Shown: one piece after another, positions 36,631 through 59,852 of the stretch
How the letters are laid out: each line of letters begins with the position of its first letter
Position numbering within the stretch: the stretch's first letter is position 1
Origin: the human T2T-CHM13v2.0 reference genome, Homo sapiens
Strand: one strand, 5' to 3'
DNA length: 64,000 nucleotides
Assembly: GCF_009914755.1 (NCBI RefSeq)
Contig: NC_060934.1
Made by a program: the position numbers and the translations under genes
The notes under the pieces: model-generated
The model's database searches: none
What the model was told of the DNA's origin: nothing
The model's input: the letters and a program-made list of their open reading frames with translations, nothing else

Positions 36631-36789
<159 letters not shown>

Positions 36790-36894
36790 TAGTAGAGATG
36801 GGGTTTCTCCATGTTGGTCAGGCTGGTCTCGAACTCCCGACCTCAGGTGATCTGCCTGCCTCTGCCTCCGAAAGTGCTGGGGTTACAGGCGTGA

Positions 36895-37334
<440 letters not shown>

Positions 37335-38885
37335 TGATCCACCCGCCTTGGCCTCCCAAAGTGCTAGGATTACAGCCAATTTTTGTATTTTTAGAAGAGA
37401 GGGGGTTTCACCATGTTGGCCAGGCTGGTCTCCAACTCATGACCTCAAGTGATCCACTCGCCTTGGCCTCCCAAAGTGCCGAGGTTATAGTTGTGAGCCA
37501 CCGTACCTGGCCTTTTTTCTTAATTTGAAAATCTATATTCCAAAGGGCATTAACATGATTATTTGCTTTATCCTGTAAAGCATAATATACCAAAATAACA
37601 ATACCAATATTATTGTTAACAAAATATTTTTGAAACCAGTTTAAGATTTATTTTGCAGTTCTTTTGTCCTTAAGGCACAGCCCCATTGTGACATACAGTT
37701 AGATTCCTTTGTTTTAAATTTAGCAGAAATAATTCTCTGAGTGGTACGGCATCAACTTTAGATATAATTAGATTTATTTGTTTCATTGCTGTTTGTTTTT
37801 AGAGTTTTTATTTTGAAAATCATTTTTTATAATTATGAAAAATATTTAAATGTTTCCAAAGACAAATCTGTAAAGCAAAGTATATTCAGAGATCAGTCTG
37901 GGATTCATCCCTTTCCCTCCATCTGGTTCCTTGTTCCTTTCCTCACCTTATGAAGAATGATTTATTTTGTTTTATGACTTATCTTTTTATTGTTATTTTT
38001 AATATAAGCAGATCTGTATGGGGATACACATATTTTCCTTTTGTGTATAAAAGCTGCCACATTATACTTGATTTTCTCAGACTTCCTTTGGTCATATAAT
38101 AGCACCTGGAGTTCACTCTGCAGTGGGATATGCAGGTCTTCCTCAGGTCTTGTTTCAGTCGCTTAGCACTCTGTAGTGTGAGTGTACGACATACCTTCAA
38201 CCAGTTGTTTGCTAATCAACATTTGGGTTGTTTCCAGTCTTTTGCAATATAAATACTGCTTTAGCTTTGTGCCTACATCTTTTCAATTTTTTTTTTTTTT
38301 TTTTTTTTTGTGGAGATGGAGTCTTGCTCTGTTGCCCAGGCTGGAGTGCAATGGCATGATCTCGGCTCACTATAACCTCCACCTCCTGGGTTCGAGAGAT
38401 TCTCCCTGTCGCAGCCCCCTGAGTAGCTGGCATTACAGGTGCCCACCACGTCTGGCTAACTTTTTTTTGTATTTTTAGTAGAGATGGGGTTTCACCATGT
38501 TAGTTAGGCTGGTCTTGAACTCCTGACCTCAGGTGATCCGCCCGCCTTGGCCTCCCAAAGTGCTAGGATTACAGGTGTGAGCAGCCGCGCCCGGCCCCAT
38601 CTTTTCAATTTTTGGCTAATGTGTCTTTGTGGTAGATTCTTAGAAGTGGGATTTCTAGGTCCAGTGGTAAATTCATACATATATAATGTAACTGAATACT
38701 GCCATATTTCACTTCATAATGGCTGCTTATTTTGTATTCTCACGAGCAGGATATGAGTATGCTTTTATGCCTGTAGCAAACCAAACTAAGTGTATGTGTT
38801 ATTCTTTTGGGTTTCTGCCAGTCTGATAGGAGTGAATGGTTCAATGCAATTTTAAGTTACATTTTTTTTTAACTTTAAAGGGTAA

Positions 38886-39206
<321 letters not shown>

Positions 39207-40262
39207 TAGCTGGGACTACAGGCACCTGTCACCATGTCTGGCTAATTTTTTGTGTGTTTTTAGTAGAGATGGGTTTCACTATGTTGGCCAGGATGGTCTT
39301 GAACTCCTGACCTCATGATCTGCCCGCCTTAGCCTCCCAAAGTGCTGGGATTACAGGCGTGAGCCACTGTGCCCGGCCAATTTTTGTATGTTTAGTAGAG
39401 ACAGGGTTTTGCCATGTTGACCAGGCTGGTCTCGAACTCTTGACCTCAGGTGATCCGCCTGTCTTGGCCTCCCAAAGCGCTGGTATTACAGGTGTGAGCC
39501 ACTGCGCCCAGCCTTCCCTTCTGTATTTTTAGGAACGCTTTGCCTTTTCTTTGTCACTTAAGTTACAGATACTTATTCCCAGTTTGTCCTTTTTAGAGGA
39601 CAATAAACACCAGTTTACCTAGATTCAACAGTTTTAAGTATTCTTCCACACGTTCTCTCTCTGTCTTTATCTATGTGTAATTTTTCCAGGCCAGACACAG
39701 TGACTCATGCCTATAATCCCAACACTTTGTGGGGCAAAGGTGGGAGGATTGCTTGAGCCCAGGAGTACAAGACCACCCTGAGTAACATAATGGGACCCCA
39801 TGTTACAAAAAATTTTTAAAAATTAGCTGGACATGGCGGTGTGCACCTTTAGTCCCAGCTACTCAAGAAGCTGAGGCAGAAGGATCACTTGAACCTGGGA
39901 GGTCAAGGCTGCAGTGAGCTATGATCGTACCACTGCACTCTAGTGTGAGTGACAGAATGAGCTACCGTCTCAAAAAACAAAACAAAATTTCCATTTTCCC
40001 CAAAAATGTCCTCTGTAGCTTTGCTGGGCCCAAGAGCCAATCAAAGATGGTTTTTTTTATTCCTTCATAATAATGGACATTTAAAATAAGTCCTGGTCAG
40101 GAGTCTTGTTGAACAGTTATTCTTGAATTTAACTGCTCTTTAGAATCATTTGAAGCTCTTTAAATATTCCCATACCCAGGAGATATGCAACCACGCTTAG
40201 AAGCACTGTTGTAGAATGCCTGCACATCTGTATTTGACTGATTTGTTTTTCTTCACAATTAG

Positions 40263-40523
<261 letters not shown>

Positions 40524-41423
40524 TGATCCGCCTGCCTCGGCCTCCCAAAATGCTAGGATTACAACCGTGAGCCACCAGGCCCAGCCTATACATTTATCTT
40601 ATGCCAGTTTATTATGTAATTTTTATATGATCTCTTTGTACCACTATTTGTAATGGTACCAAATATCTCCATTTGAAAAGCAGCCTTTCTTTTCCTTTTT
40701 TTAAACTAATAATCTTTGGCTGGAATATGGAGACTATGTGAACATCCTCTTCCCAATAATCTTTCCCAATTGTTGACTATTTAGGGTGAGCACTTTTAGC
40801 ATGTTTATTGGCCATGTTAGTGTTGTCTTTTGTGAAATGACTGTTCAGATCTTTTCCCCCATTTTTCTATTAGGTCATCTTGCTTGTATTGATTTTAGAA
40901 GTATTTTATATATTCTGGGTATAGTCCCTTTAAAAGTTCGATATGTTGTCAATATTTTTTTCTCTCTGATTTGCATTTTTTTTGCATTAATGGTGTCTTT
41001 TGATTAATTGACATTCTTAATGTGGTCCAGTTTATTTCAGTCTTCTCCTTTATGGTTAGTGCTTTTGTATCTTGCTTTAAAAAAAACTTTGCTTGTGAAT
41101 ATAGTTTCATGTTATGTTTTTGAAGTTCTGTTGTTTTTACTCATCACATTTTAACCTACAATTCATCTGGAATTGATTCTCACATATTGTGTGAGATTGA
41201 AGTCAAGTTTTCCCCATATTTAAACCCATTTAATCAGCATAGTTTATTGAGACTGTCCTTTTCCTCACTGCTCAGCTGTGAAACTTTTAAAAATAAATCA
41301 GGTATCCATGTTTGAAGGTCTGTTTCTAGACCATACTTTTCTTCTATTGGTGTTTCAATGTATTCTTTCACCAATACCACACTGTCTTAAATTACTCTAT
41401 AATAAATTCTTATATCCACTAGT

Positions 41424-42226
<803 letters not shown>

Positions 42227-42293
42227 ATTAGTGTGAGTTCACACATTTTTTTGTTCTTCTCTAAGACTGCCTTGGCCATTCTTGGTGGTTTAA

Positions 42294-42476
<183 letters not shown>

Positions 42477-42488
42477 TAACAAGCGTAA

Positions 42489-42814
<326 letters not shown>

Positions 42815-43110
42815 TGAGCCACCGCACCGAGCTGGTTCTTTGAATTTCTATATATAAGCTTGAGAATCAACTTGTCAGTTTCCACAAAAATATTTGCTAA
42901 GCTTTTGATTGGGATTACCTAGAATTTATAGGCCAATTTAGGGAGAATTGAGAACTTTGTAATATTGAGTTGTCCAATCCATGACTATAATTAGTTCCTT
43001 TATTTTTAAAGATATTCTGTTTTTTTAAAGATATTCTTTTGTTTTTCTTGAGAATGCTTTATAATTTTCTGTGTAATTGTCTTAAAAATGATTTGTTAGA
43101 TTTATTCTGA

Positions 43111-43317
<207 letters not shown>

Positions 43318-43510
43318 TAGCCAAGATGGTTTCGATCTCCTGACCTCATGATCCGCCCACCTCGGCCTCCCAAAGTGCTGGGATTACAGGCGTGAGCCCC
43401 TGTGCCTGGCTGGTATTTCTTGTTTTTGATGGCACTATAGGTGGTACTTTGAAACAATTAGTTGCTGGTATATAGAAATCCACTTGATTTTTTTTTTTTT
43501 TTTTTTTTGA

Positions 43511-43669
<159 letters not shown>

Positions 43670-43720
43670 TAGTAGAGATGGGGTTTCTCCATGTTGGTCA
43701 GGCTGGTCTCGAACTCCTGA

Positions 43721-44083
<363 letters not shown>

Positions 44084-44550
44084 TGAGCCACTGTGCCCGG
44101 CCTCCACTTGATTTTTACACATTGATCTTGTATCCAAAAACTTACTGAATTCACTTCTTACTTACAATAATTTGTAGCTTCCCTTGCATGTTCTTCATGC
44201 AGAATTATGACATCTGCAGATACTGATAGCTTTATTTAATTTCTTCTAATTCTTATAACTTTTTATATCTTTTCTTGCCTTATTCCACTCACTTTTACGC
44301 TCTGACCTATTTTTTCCCCTATTTTCCAGTTCTCGGTGTATGCCATGAACATTTACCAGCTGTTTGTGTTGCTAACCTGGGAATGGTGCTTCTTTCTCTC
44401 TCTGCTGGTTTGTGTCTACTTATTGGCTTCCCACTACCCGCAGCAGTCAGTCATCTCTGAGCTAGATGAAACAGTCCACTGGATTAAAGAAGAAAATATT
44501 CAAATGCCTACCTACATATATTATAATCTAAGAAAAAGAGTGAAATTTAA

Positions 44551-45045
<495 letters not shown>

Positions 45046-45554
45046 CTATGTGCTTATTGTTACTCCTTTAACTACATATGATAGCTGTATCCATTCTTAT
45101 GCTATTGCCTGAGTTCATGAATAACACTCTAGTTGTTTAAGAATTCAAATCTTCACCTCCGCAGTGAAACCCAACCAAATAGCAGGAATAGAACTTTTCT
45201 CCCCCTTTGTAAGCTTAGATAACTTTTTACATCTTTTCACTATAGTACCTGCAACATCTTATTGTAGTTATGTGATTATAGGTTTGCCTGTGCTTATCAG
45301 ACTATATTTTCCTTGAGAACAGTAACATTGTTTTAGTTGTCTTCATATTCCCCCAAAGTAGAATTCTTTGTGACACATAGGCACATGGTGGGACACCAAT
45401 TACTTATCATGGCGGTGGGGTATATCTATTATGATTTCTTTTTTCCAACCAAGTACAGTGCAAAAGTAGACATCCTATAACACGTTTTTGGATTAACTGT
45501 GAATGGTGAACATTATAATAATTCTCTTACAGCGTTTATGTCTTTAAATTTTGA

Positions 45555-45719
<165 letters not shown>

Positions 45720-45989
45720 TAGGAACTGTTTTTCATGTAGACTCCTAGTGTGTACATATTTTTTTGGTTGCTGAAACTTGTGGAAGTTTTGTTAAGGTTA
45801 ATTAAACTAAACTTGATATTCAGAGTATTAAGCAGAAGAACTGTTTGGGGTGCTGTAAAGAATGTTGTTGTTTTCTTACTGTTTCCACACACGGTTGAAA
45901 TTGGCTTTTGAAGTTTCATTTTCTCCCTCTTTCAGAGGCCCTAAAGTCCATTATCCTCACCTAGTTTCCATGTCATTTCCCATTCACAG

Positions 45990-46085
45990 GATATTGCATC
46001 CCTAAACCAGAAGTGATCTTCAAATTGGAACAAGGAGAGCAGCCATAGACATTAGAGGAAGAGCCCCCAGGCCAGAGATACCCAG
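45990..46085 (+). pseudogene. KRAB-B exon (96 nt) with premature TAG
   Basis: cacag|(G)YCIPKPEVIFKLEQGEQP*TLEEEPPGQRYP|gtgaa; TAG at 46046-46048 replaces the conserved Trp. Confidence 0.95.
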
Positions 46086-46277
46086 GTGAATTGGCATGTA
46101 TTAAGCAGAAGGATGCCAGTGACATGGTATGAATTATTTTAATTCTCAAGAATTTGCATGGCCAGGCACAGTGGCTCAATGCCTGTAATCCCAGCACTTT
46201 GGGAGGCCAAGATGGGCAGATCACCTGAGGTCAGAGTTTGAGACCAGCCTGGCCAACATGGTGAAACCCCATGTCTA

Positions 46278-47970
<1,693 letters not shown>

Positions 47971-50635
47971 GTGAAGACACAGTGTTTCATGGAGAAAGTG
48001 AGCTTCTCTGAAGCAGGATGTGTAAAGTCAGCATTTTCTCTGTCTCTGTCTACAGATCATCCAGAAGCAATAAGGAAAAAGAGCAACACAACTTTATCTT
48101 ATGACAATAGAGGATATCTGAAACCCCAAATCAATACAAGTGGAAATGCTGCCAGAATCACTGAAAAATTAAGGAGGTCTATATGTACCAGCAGATGAAA
48201 AGAAACAAAAACATTTCTGGTGCTTGAAGGAACTGGTAATATACTTGACAGAGATAAAGTACATACTCTGAGGTGCAAAGCTTAAATCTCTCTTGGAATA
48301 ACATCAGTGCTGTGCACAGGACAGCTGGAGCTCCTTTGAATGCAGTTTGGTTCTGTGAAGCTGATGTAGGGTTACGTATGGAAACAGACACACAAGTCAT
48401 ATTTTTCTGTGACAATGCAAGAGATGAGACTTTCCATTTCAGAAAAAAAATGTTACAGACACCTGTATGTGGGGAAATAAACTTACATGCTATCTTAGCT
48501 TGTATTCCTACAAACAATTTGAAATAAAAATTTACTCAATAACTATTGGTCAGGATGGGCAGACCTACTGCAGAAGTGAGGAAATGGGGAATAAGGCTGG
48601 TTAGGACGAAGAGAAAGTACAAGAGGGTGATAACAGAGCAAGCCATTACTAAGGCTACTCTGGCAAGAAAGGAGCGACAATCTGGGTTGATGCATAAACT
48701 GAGTTTGGTGTATGTGCAAAACACTTGTTCATAAGAAGCTCTCTTGTTAGGTTAAGACATGGCTCTGTTCCCTTTACCTAGTAAAACTGATGGAGTGTAA
48801 AAGCTCATGTCCTTTGAAGCTGAGTAATCCAAAAGGAACCAGCATAAAATGCCCCACAAAACTACTGCAAGAAAAAAGAGGTGAAAAAGATTAGAAAAAA
48901 AAAGTAGGTGATGAAATGTCACCTGATCAAAGTGGACATAAAGTAGATAAATAATTGGGCCAAATAATAAACCATGAATTTCAAAAAGGACTAATTGAAT
49001 TGATTACCTGCATGATATGAGAGTTCAAGAAGGATGTTAAGGCAACAGTATAATGTTTTAATTCATTTAATAAAATGCATTCTGGGATGTCAGGCTGAGA
49101 AAAGAATTGGAAGAGAAAATAAGAACCACAGTAAAGAAAACAAATTGGGGCCAGGGACGGTGGCTCACACCTGTAATCCCCGCACTTTGGGAGGCCAAGG
49201 CCAGTGGATCACTTGAGGTCAGGAGTTTGAGACAGGCCTGGCCAACATAGTGAAACCCCATCTCTACTAAAAATACAAAAAAATTAGCTGGGAATGGCGG
49301 CACACCTGTAATCCCAGTTACTTAGGAGGCTGAGGCAGGAGAATAACTTGAACCCAGCAGGCAGAGGCTGCAGTGAGTCAAGATCACACCACTGCACTCT
49401 AGCCTGGGCAACAGAATGAAACTCCATCTCAAAAAAAATAAAAGCAAATTGGAGGATTCCCAAAGAATAGGCATTGCTGAAATGTAGATTAGAAATAAAT
49501 GTGGAAAGCCTTTCAAGCAAGAAGAAACTGAAGTAAATAAAAGGTGAATATTGCATAAAGAAGATAGTATAAAAGATATTTCACATATATGCTATTACAT
49601 ACAGTTGATTCCCCAAAGTAGAAAATGAAATAAATAGAACCAATATTGAAAATATTCCAATAACACTTTTTGGGGAAAAGAAGATACAATTGAATCTACA
49701 TAAAAAGACAAACCATCCCTCAGGAAGGCAGACCAACAATGATCAACATCGTGATATATTCCTAATAATATTACTAGACTTCAAAGATAAAGAATCATTT
49801 TGACAGCCAGTCAATATAAGAAAAAAGTCCAGCTGATCTCAGCCTTTTCCATAACAAAGTTTGCTAAAAAAAACTGATAAAAGTCTGCAGAGCAATTGCT
49901 ACAAAATCATTAGGGTGGGTCAAATTAAGAACTTTATACCAGGTTAAAGAGCGATTCTTTAACAAAAAAGAGGAAACCTTTTTTTGAATAGGCAAGAATT
50001 CTGGGCCCTTTCTCCCTAAGACCTTTTATTAGAGGATGAATATCAGATAACCAAGAAGTGACACAAAAAGCATGGTAAAAATATTGGTGGTAGCCTCTGA
50101 ATTTAATTGAGGAACTAATTCTAAAGCAAATGTGAGAATGTGTTATTGAAAACCTGGGCGTTATAGACTGTATTTAATTTGATTAAGTGGAGGCTAAAAA
50201 CAAGTGGGAAGAATGACGGTATTCTAATAAAGCGAATTATGTTAAAATGCAGTGTATACATTCCTAAGAATCACTGATCTTTGCAAATGAGTACAATAAA
50301 AATCATAGGACTAATGGGAAAATGAGGTCAAGGTCTAACACTCAAAAACTTTCTGTGTCAGTGATACACAACAGTGAAGTCTTCAGTTGCAATTTTGGAT
50401 TGAATTTCTCCTTTTGATTATTTTGGTTTTTGCTTTATGAATTTTGGAGCATTATTAAGTTGTACATATTAGGATCCTTATGTCCACTTCATGAATTAAC
50501 CACTTAATAATTATGTAATGTCTCTCTTTATACCTAGTAATACTCTTTGTTCTAAACACTACTTTGATATTAATTTAGCTCTTCCAGTTGTCTTTTATTT
50601 ACCTTTTTCCATACTTTTAATCTGTTTATATTTAA

Positions 50636-50758
<123 letters not shown>

Positions 50759-51449
50759 TAGCCTCCCGAGTAGCTGGGATTACAGGCACGTGCCACCACA
50801 CCTGGCTAATATTTTGTATTTTTGGTAGAGACGAGATTTCACCATGTTGGCCAGGCTGGTCTCCAACTCCTGACCTTGTGATCTGCCTACTTCGGCCTCC
50901 CAGAGTGCTGGGATTACAGGCATGAGCCACTGCACCCAGCCATGAATTTCTTAAAATAGCATGTGGTTGGATGTTGCTTTTATAATTCATGTGAAACTTC
51001 TACTTTTTTTTTTTTTTTTTTTTTTGGGACAGTGTCTCACTCTGTTGCCTGGGCTGGAATGCAGTGGCACAATCTCAGCTCACTGCAGCTTCCGCCTCCC
51101 GGGTTCAAGCTATTTCCAGCTAAACTTTGTACTTTTAGTAGAGACAGGATTTCACCATGTTGACCAGGCTGGTCTCGAGCTCCTGACCTCAAGTGATCTG
51201 CCTGCCTCGGTCTTCCAAAGTGCTAGGATTACAGGCGTGAGCCACTGCACCCAGTCTTACTTCTACTTCTTAACTGTGATATTTCAACCACATATATTTA
51301 ATACAATTTTTTAATGTTTGGATTCATATTATTTTGCTGAGTGTTTCCTCCTTGCTTATTTGTTCTTTTTCCTTTTTTTCCTCGTTTTCTCTCATTTGGA
51401 TTGATAATTTTTATTTTGTTTTATCTCCGCTGAATTCTTGTTAGTATTA

Positions 51450-52204
51450 CAGGTTGAGCATCCCTAATCTGAAAATCTGATATCTGAAATGCTAAAAAAC
51501 CCAGAACTTTTTGAGGGCCAACAGGACACCACAAGTGGAAAGTTCCACACCTTATGTGATGGGGCACAAAGTGTAGGGGCACAACACATAGTTTATTCAG
51601 TGTCCCTAAGGGAAAAAGACTCTCTCAACCCCCTTTAGCCGTGATATATCTTTGTATACATGCATAGTATATTAGTCCTCGCATTGCTATATGCATTCTC
51701 GCATTGCTATAAAGAACTACCTGAGACTGGGTAATTTATAAAGGGAAGAGTTTTAATTGGCTCACAGTTCTGCAGGCTGTATAGGAAACATAACTCGGAG
51801 GCCTCAGGAAACTTACACTCATAGTGGAAGGTGAAGGGCAAACAAGCACGTCTTATGTGGCCGGAGCAGGAAGAAGAGAGAGAGGTGGGAGGTGCCACAC
51901 ACATTTAAACAACTACATTTCTTGAGACCTGTGTCACGAGAACAGCACCAAAGGGGGGAAATCAGCCCCCATGATGCAATCACCTCCCACCAGGCCCACC
52001 TCCAGCATTGGGGATTGCAATCCGACATGAGATTTGGGCAGGGACACGAATCCAAACCATATCACCTAGATTCCCTCACACAAGTACTCCCTCAAAGGAC
52101 AATATACAAATATTCCAAAATCTGAAAAAATAAAAAATCCAGAAACACCCGGAATCCAAAACACTTCTGGTCTCAAGCATTTCAGGTAAGGGATACTCAG
52201 CCTG
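51450..52204. mobile_element. Tigger4/MER46-like DNA transposon with a nested MST LTR (about 51665-52065)
   Basis: TIRs CAGGTTGAGCATCCCT / AGGGATACTCAGCCTG flanked by TA. Confidence 0.75.
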
Positions 52205-53469
52205 TACTTCTTTCTTAATTTTTCTTTTAAGTGGTTGCCCCATGATATACAATAAGCATTATCAGTTTATCAGTCTCCTTTCAAGTGGTATTATACTATT
52301 TCACATATAACCTTAGAATCTTACAACAATGTAAGATTTAAGATTTGATACAGCTCCATTCCGTCCTCCCATTTTTTCTTTTTTGTTTTTTTGATACGGT
52401 TTTGATCTGTTGCCCAGGCTAGAGTGCAGTCACACAATCACGGCTCAACTTCCCGGGCTCAGGTGATCCTACCACCTCAGCCTCCTGAGTAGTTTGAACT
52501 ACAGGACATACCACTATGTCTGTCTAGTTGTTTTGTATTTTTAGTAGTGACGAGCTCTCACCATGTTGCCCAGGCTGGTTTTGAGTTCCTGGGCTAAAGT
52601 CTTCCTCCCTTTGTATGTGATATTGTAGACATATGTTTTTACTTAGAGACCCCACAATGTATCAGTAGTATTTTTGCTCTATAAAGCCAGTCGTCTTTTA
52701 TAATGATTTAAAAGTCTTTTATATTTGCCCCCCATTTTGAAAACATTTTAGGCATTCTTAATATCTTTGTGTATCTTCCTCCTTTTGTGTAAATAACTTC
52801 CTTTAGTATTTCATAAAGCAAAGCTCTGTTGGCAGTGAATTTTCTGAGCTTTTGTTTGTCTAAAAAAAACTATCTTTGTTTGTAAGATTTTTTTTTCTCT
52901 GGGTATAGAATTCTAGGTTGACATTTTTTTTCCTCCATACTTTAAATATTTCATTCTGTTGTCTTCTGACTTAGATATTATTTCCTGCTGTAATTTAAAA
53001 ATCTTTGTTTTTCTGCATTTAATATCCTGTTTTCTCTGGCTACCTTAAAGATTTTCTTTTTATCCTTGGTTTTTAGCTGTTTGGCTATGATATTTATAGA
53101 TTTTGCCTTTTGTGTGTGTGTGGTATTTTTCTTTCTTGCTGTTCTCTCACTTTTCACAACTGTGGTTTGATGTTTTTCATCTTTTTTCCCTGGGTCTCCA
53201 GTTGCTTGTATATGTCTGTTATCCCATAGTTCTTAGATATTTTGCATTAGGAGAATTTTCCGCGTGCTTCTCTGTGTCGGCTGTTAGCTATCCCTCCAAG
53301 CCTGTGTCTCCCTGCTCTTGCCCCTCTGCCAGCAATAGGCTGCTGCTCCCTGTTACTCTATGCCATGCTTGTGGTGGGGGCAAGGGTGTTCTCTGTTGTT
53401 CTAACACAGCCTTAGTCATAGGCAGGCCCTGTGTGCCTGGGCCTCAGCATGGAGGCTTTCACCATGTAC

Positions 53470-53588
53470 AGTCAGCCCTCTGTATCTGCAGGTGTGGCAG
53501 GGCTAACTGTGCGACTTGATCATCTGTGGATTTTGGTATCTGAGGGAAGTTCTGGAAACAATCCCCTGCAGAGCCTGAGGTATAACTG
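53470..53588. mobile_element. MER2-like Tigger MITE fragment
   Basis: TA-CAGTC...ACTG-TA ends; TGGATTTTGGTATC core. Confidence 0.5.
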
Positions 53589-54996
53589 TACCTGCTTCTT
53601 CTTCAGTGTTATGAGACCTCTATTTTTCTGTCAGTAAAGGATCCTGGGCCCAATGTAGTTCTGCACTCCTGCTGTAGGGATAGAGGGCTTTTTTGCACCC
53701 TTATTCTCCTATACTCCCACACTAGGGGATCCAGACTCTAGGCCGTCACCTTAGGTTGGTAGCTTGCTTTAAGGAAAGGAAAATAATTCCTCTCAAGGAT
53801 AAGCATCCCCAATATTCTCACTTACAGTTAAACAAAACATGAGCTTAAAACCAAAACCTGATGAAATAAGTCATTTGTGAGAGTAAACAGAAATAATGGA
53901 AAATATATTTTCAAACACCCATTAATTAAGACCATGGATTTATTAGTAATTATAAAACAACCATGTAAGACACATTCAGAGTAGTAGAAGAGGAAATAAA
54001 AGGAGTAAGGAAGAAGGAATGTCTGTCAGTACAGATTACTGAACACTACATTTAACATTTAAAAAGAATTAAAATTGGATTGATCCTGCAATAAATTATA
54101 AAAACCATACCTTTTGCATATTTTTTTAGTAAAATTCTAATAGCAAATACAGGAAGAGAGAAAATGAACCCTAAAAGAATGCTTGAGATGGGAGTATTGG
54201 TAAATAAGTGATAGGAATTTAGGAAACATAGGTAAATCTAAATTATGTTTGTATAAAATAATAATGATACTTACTTTGTAGCGCTAAAAAAGACACAATT
54301 ATATAATAAACAATAGTTGCATATAAATGAGGTGGGGATAATCAAATTGTGTTTCAAAATCCTTCTGTAATTCAGAAAAGAGGTTTACGATATTAACTCA
54401 CTTTGGTATGTGGCATATAATGGATATTGTATCATTAGTTAACTAACTCTGGATCTTGATGAGTGAGAAAGCTTGGTAAAATTTAATGGGTAGCCAACCA
54501 TTGAGAAACTGGTATAGTATAACTTCCAAAGATGTAAAGAAGAAAAAATGGGAAAATATCAAAAAAACAAAGTACAAAAAGAAGAAAGGTGCAGTGGATA
54601 TCGTAGGAAAACTCTGACAAATACAAGATACAAACTAACATTTAGGAGACAACTTGATATGTTTTCAGTAATCACCATAAATTACCTGTTGAAAAACAAT
54701 AAAATTGAATCTTCAAAAAATAATAATAAGCTCTTGCTATATCCATGATACAAAGTTTTGGTCTGATGACCTTCCCCTTTCTATTTCCAGTGCCTTTGGC
54801 CACTCACGCAGTGTTTTACCTGCGGTCAGGAGTCTGGGAGGATGTTCTGATACCCTGCAAATTGGCAAGAACTGAAACTAAAATCATTACTGACAAATCA
54901 TAAATCTTCCTCACTTATCTTATTTGTTACATTCTATAAGCCTGCTGCTCTCACAAATGACCCTCATAATGTTATTTTACTTTTGTCTTTCCGTCA

Positions 54997-56125
<1,129 letters not shown>

Positions 56126-56577
56126 CCTCTGATATTTTTCTAGAACACTGTTAACTACTAGTTTTCCTTGCCCCCTCATTCTCTGCATGTCCCATTTCTA
56201 GATTAGCCATTTTTATATTTATATTATTTATTTTATATATTTTTAGTATCATTTTTATATCTAATGTTTTATGTCATTATTTGTGTCTATTCTATATTCA
56301 CTGTGCTTTATGGTTATTTGTAACCTCTGTGTTGTTTCAAAGTACGTATTTGTAAATTGCCCATTGTGTGTTCTAAATTTCCACCCTACTTTCCACATTA
56401 TAAGGTTTCATGTTTATTTTCTTCTAGCCAAAGGGCTGGAGGAGATTAACACTTTTTGGATTACTTTATTCCAGGAAACTAAGTCAACTACATATAAAAG
56501 CGCGTATGTATGTAAGTGTAATTTCATCACAAATATCACAAGACTCATAAGTTGTGGTTATTTTTTCTTATTTCTAG

Positions 56578-58945
<2,368 letters not shown>

Positions 58946-59852
58946 GGGGGAGGAGCCAAGATGGCCGAATAGGAACAGCTCCGGTCTACAGCTCCCAGGG
59001 TGAGCGACGCAGAAGACGGGTGATTTCTGCATTTCCATCTGAGGTACCGGGTTCATCTCACTAGGGAGTGCCAGACAGTGGGCGCAGGTCAGTGGGTGCG
59101 TGCACTGTGCGCGAGCCGAAGCAGGGCGAGGCATTGCCTCACTTGGGAAGCGCAAGGGGTCAGGGAGTTCCCTTTCTGAGTCAAAGAAAGGGGTGATGGA
59201 CGGCACCTGGAAAATCGGGTCACTCCCACCCGAATACTGCGCTTTTCCGACGGGCTTAAAAAACGGCGCACCACGAGATTATATCCCGCACATGGCTCGG
59301 AGGGTCCTGGGCCCACGGAGTCTCGCTGATTGCTAGCACAGCAGTCTGAGATCAAACTGCAAGACGGCAGTGAGGCTGGGGGAGGGGTGCCCGCCATTGC
59401 CCAGGCTTGATTAGGTAAACAAAGCAGCCGGGAAGCTCAAACTGGGTGGAGCCCACCACAGCTCAAGGAGGCCTGCCTGCCTCTGTAGGCTCCACCTCTG
59501 GGGGCAGGGCACACACAAACAAAAAGACAGCAGTAACCTCTGCAGACTTAAATGTCCCTGTCTGACAGCTTTGAAGAGAGCAGTGGTTCTCCCAGCATGC
59601 AACTGGAGATCTGAGAACAGGCAGACTGCCTCCTCAAATGGGTCCCTGACCCCTGACCCCCGGGCAGCCTAACTGGGAGGCAACCCCCACCAGGGGCACA
59701 CTGACACCTCACACGGCAGGGTATTCCAACAGACCTGCAGCTGAGGGTCCTCTCTGTTAGAAGGAAAACTAACAAACAGAAAGGACATCCACACCAAAAA
59801 CCCATCTGTACATCACCATCATCAAAGACCAAAAGTAGATAAAACCACAAAG
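58946..59852 (+). promoter_or_regulatory. L1 5'UTR with sense and antisense promoters
   Basis: Intact YY1 site CAAGATGGCCG (58957-58967), RUNX-site region near 59028-59046, CpG-rich. Confidence 0.85.
59089..59397 (-). CDS. L1 antisense ORF0, 102-aa form
   Basis: MAGTPPPASLPSCSLISDCCASNQRDSVG... matches the primate L1 ORF0 N-terminus. Confidence 0.7.
   Translation of the reverse strand: MAGTPPPASLPSCSLISDCCASNQRDSVGPGPSEPCAGYNLVVRRFLSPSEKRSIRVGVTRFSRCRPSPLSLTQKGNSLTPCASQVRQCLALLRLAHSARTH

Noticed and set aside
48190-48545. 3'UTR-like segment with AATAAA motifs, possible retrocopy
   Set aside because: No poly(A) tail or TSD visible and no parent recognised; a BLAT search would be needed.
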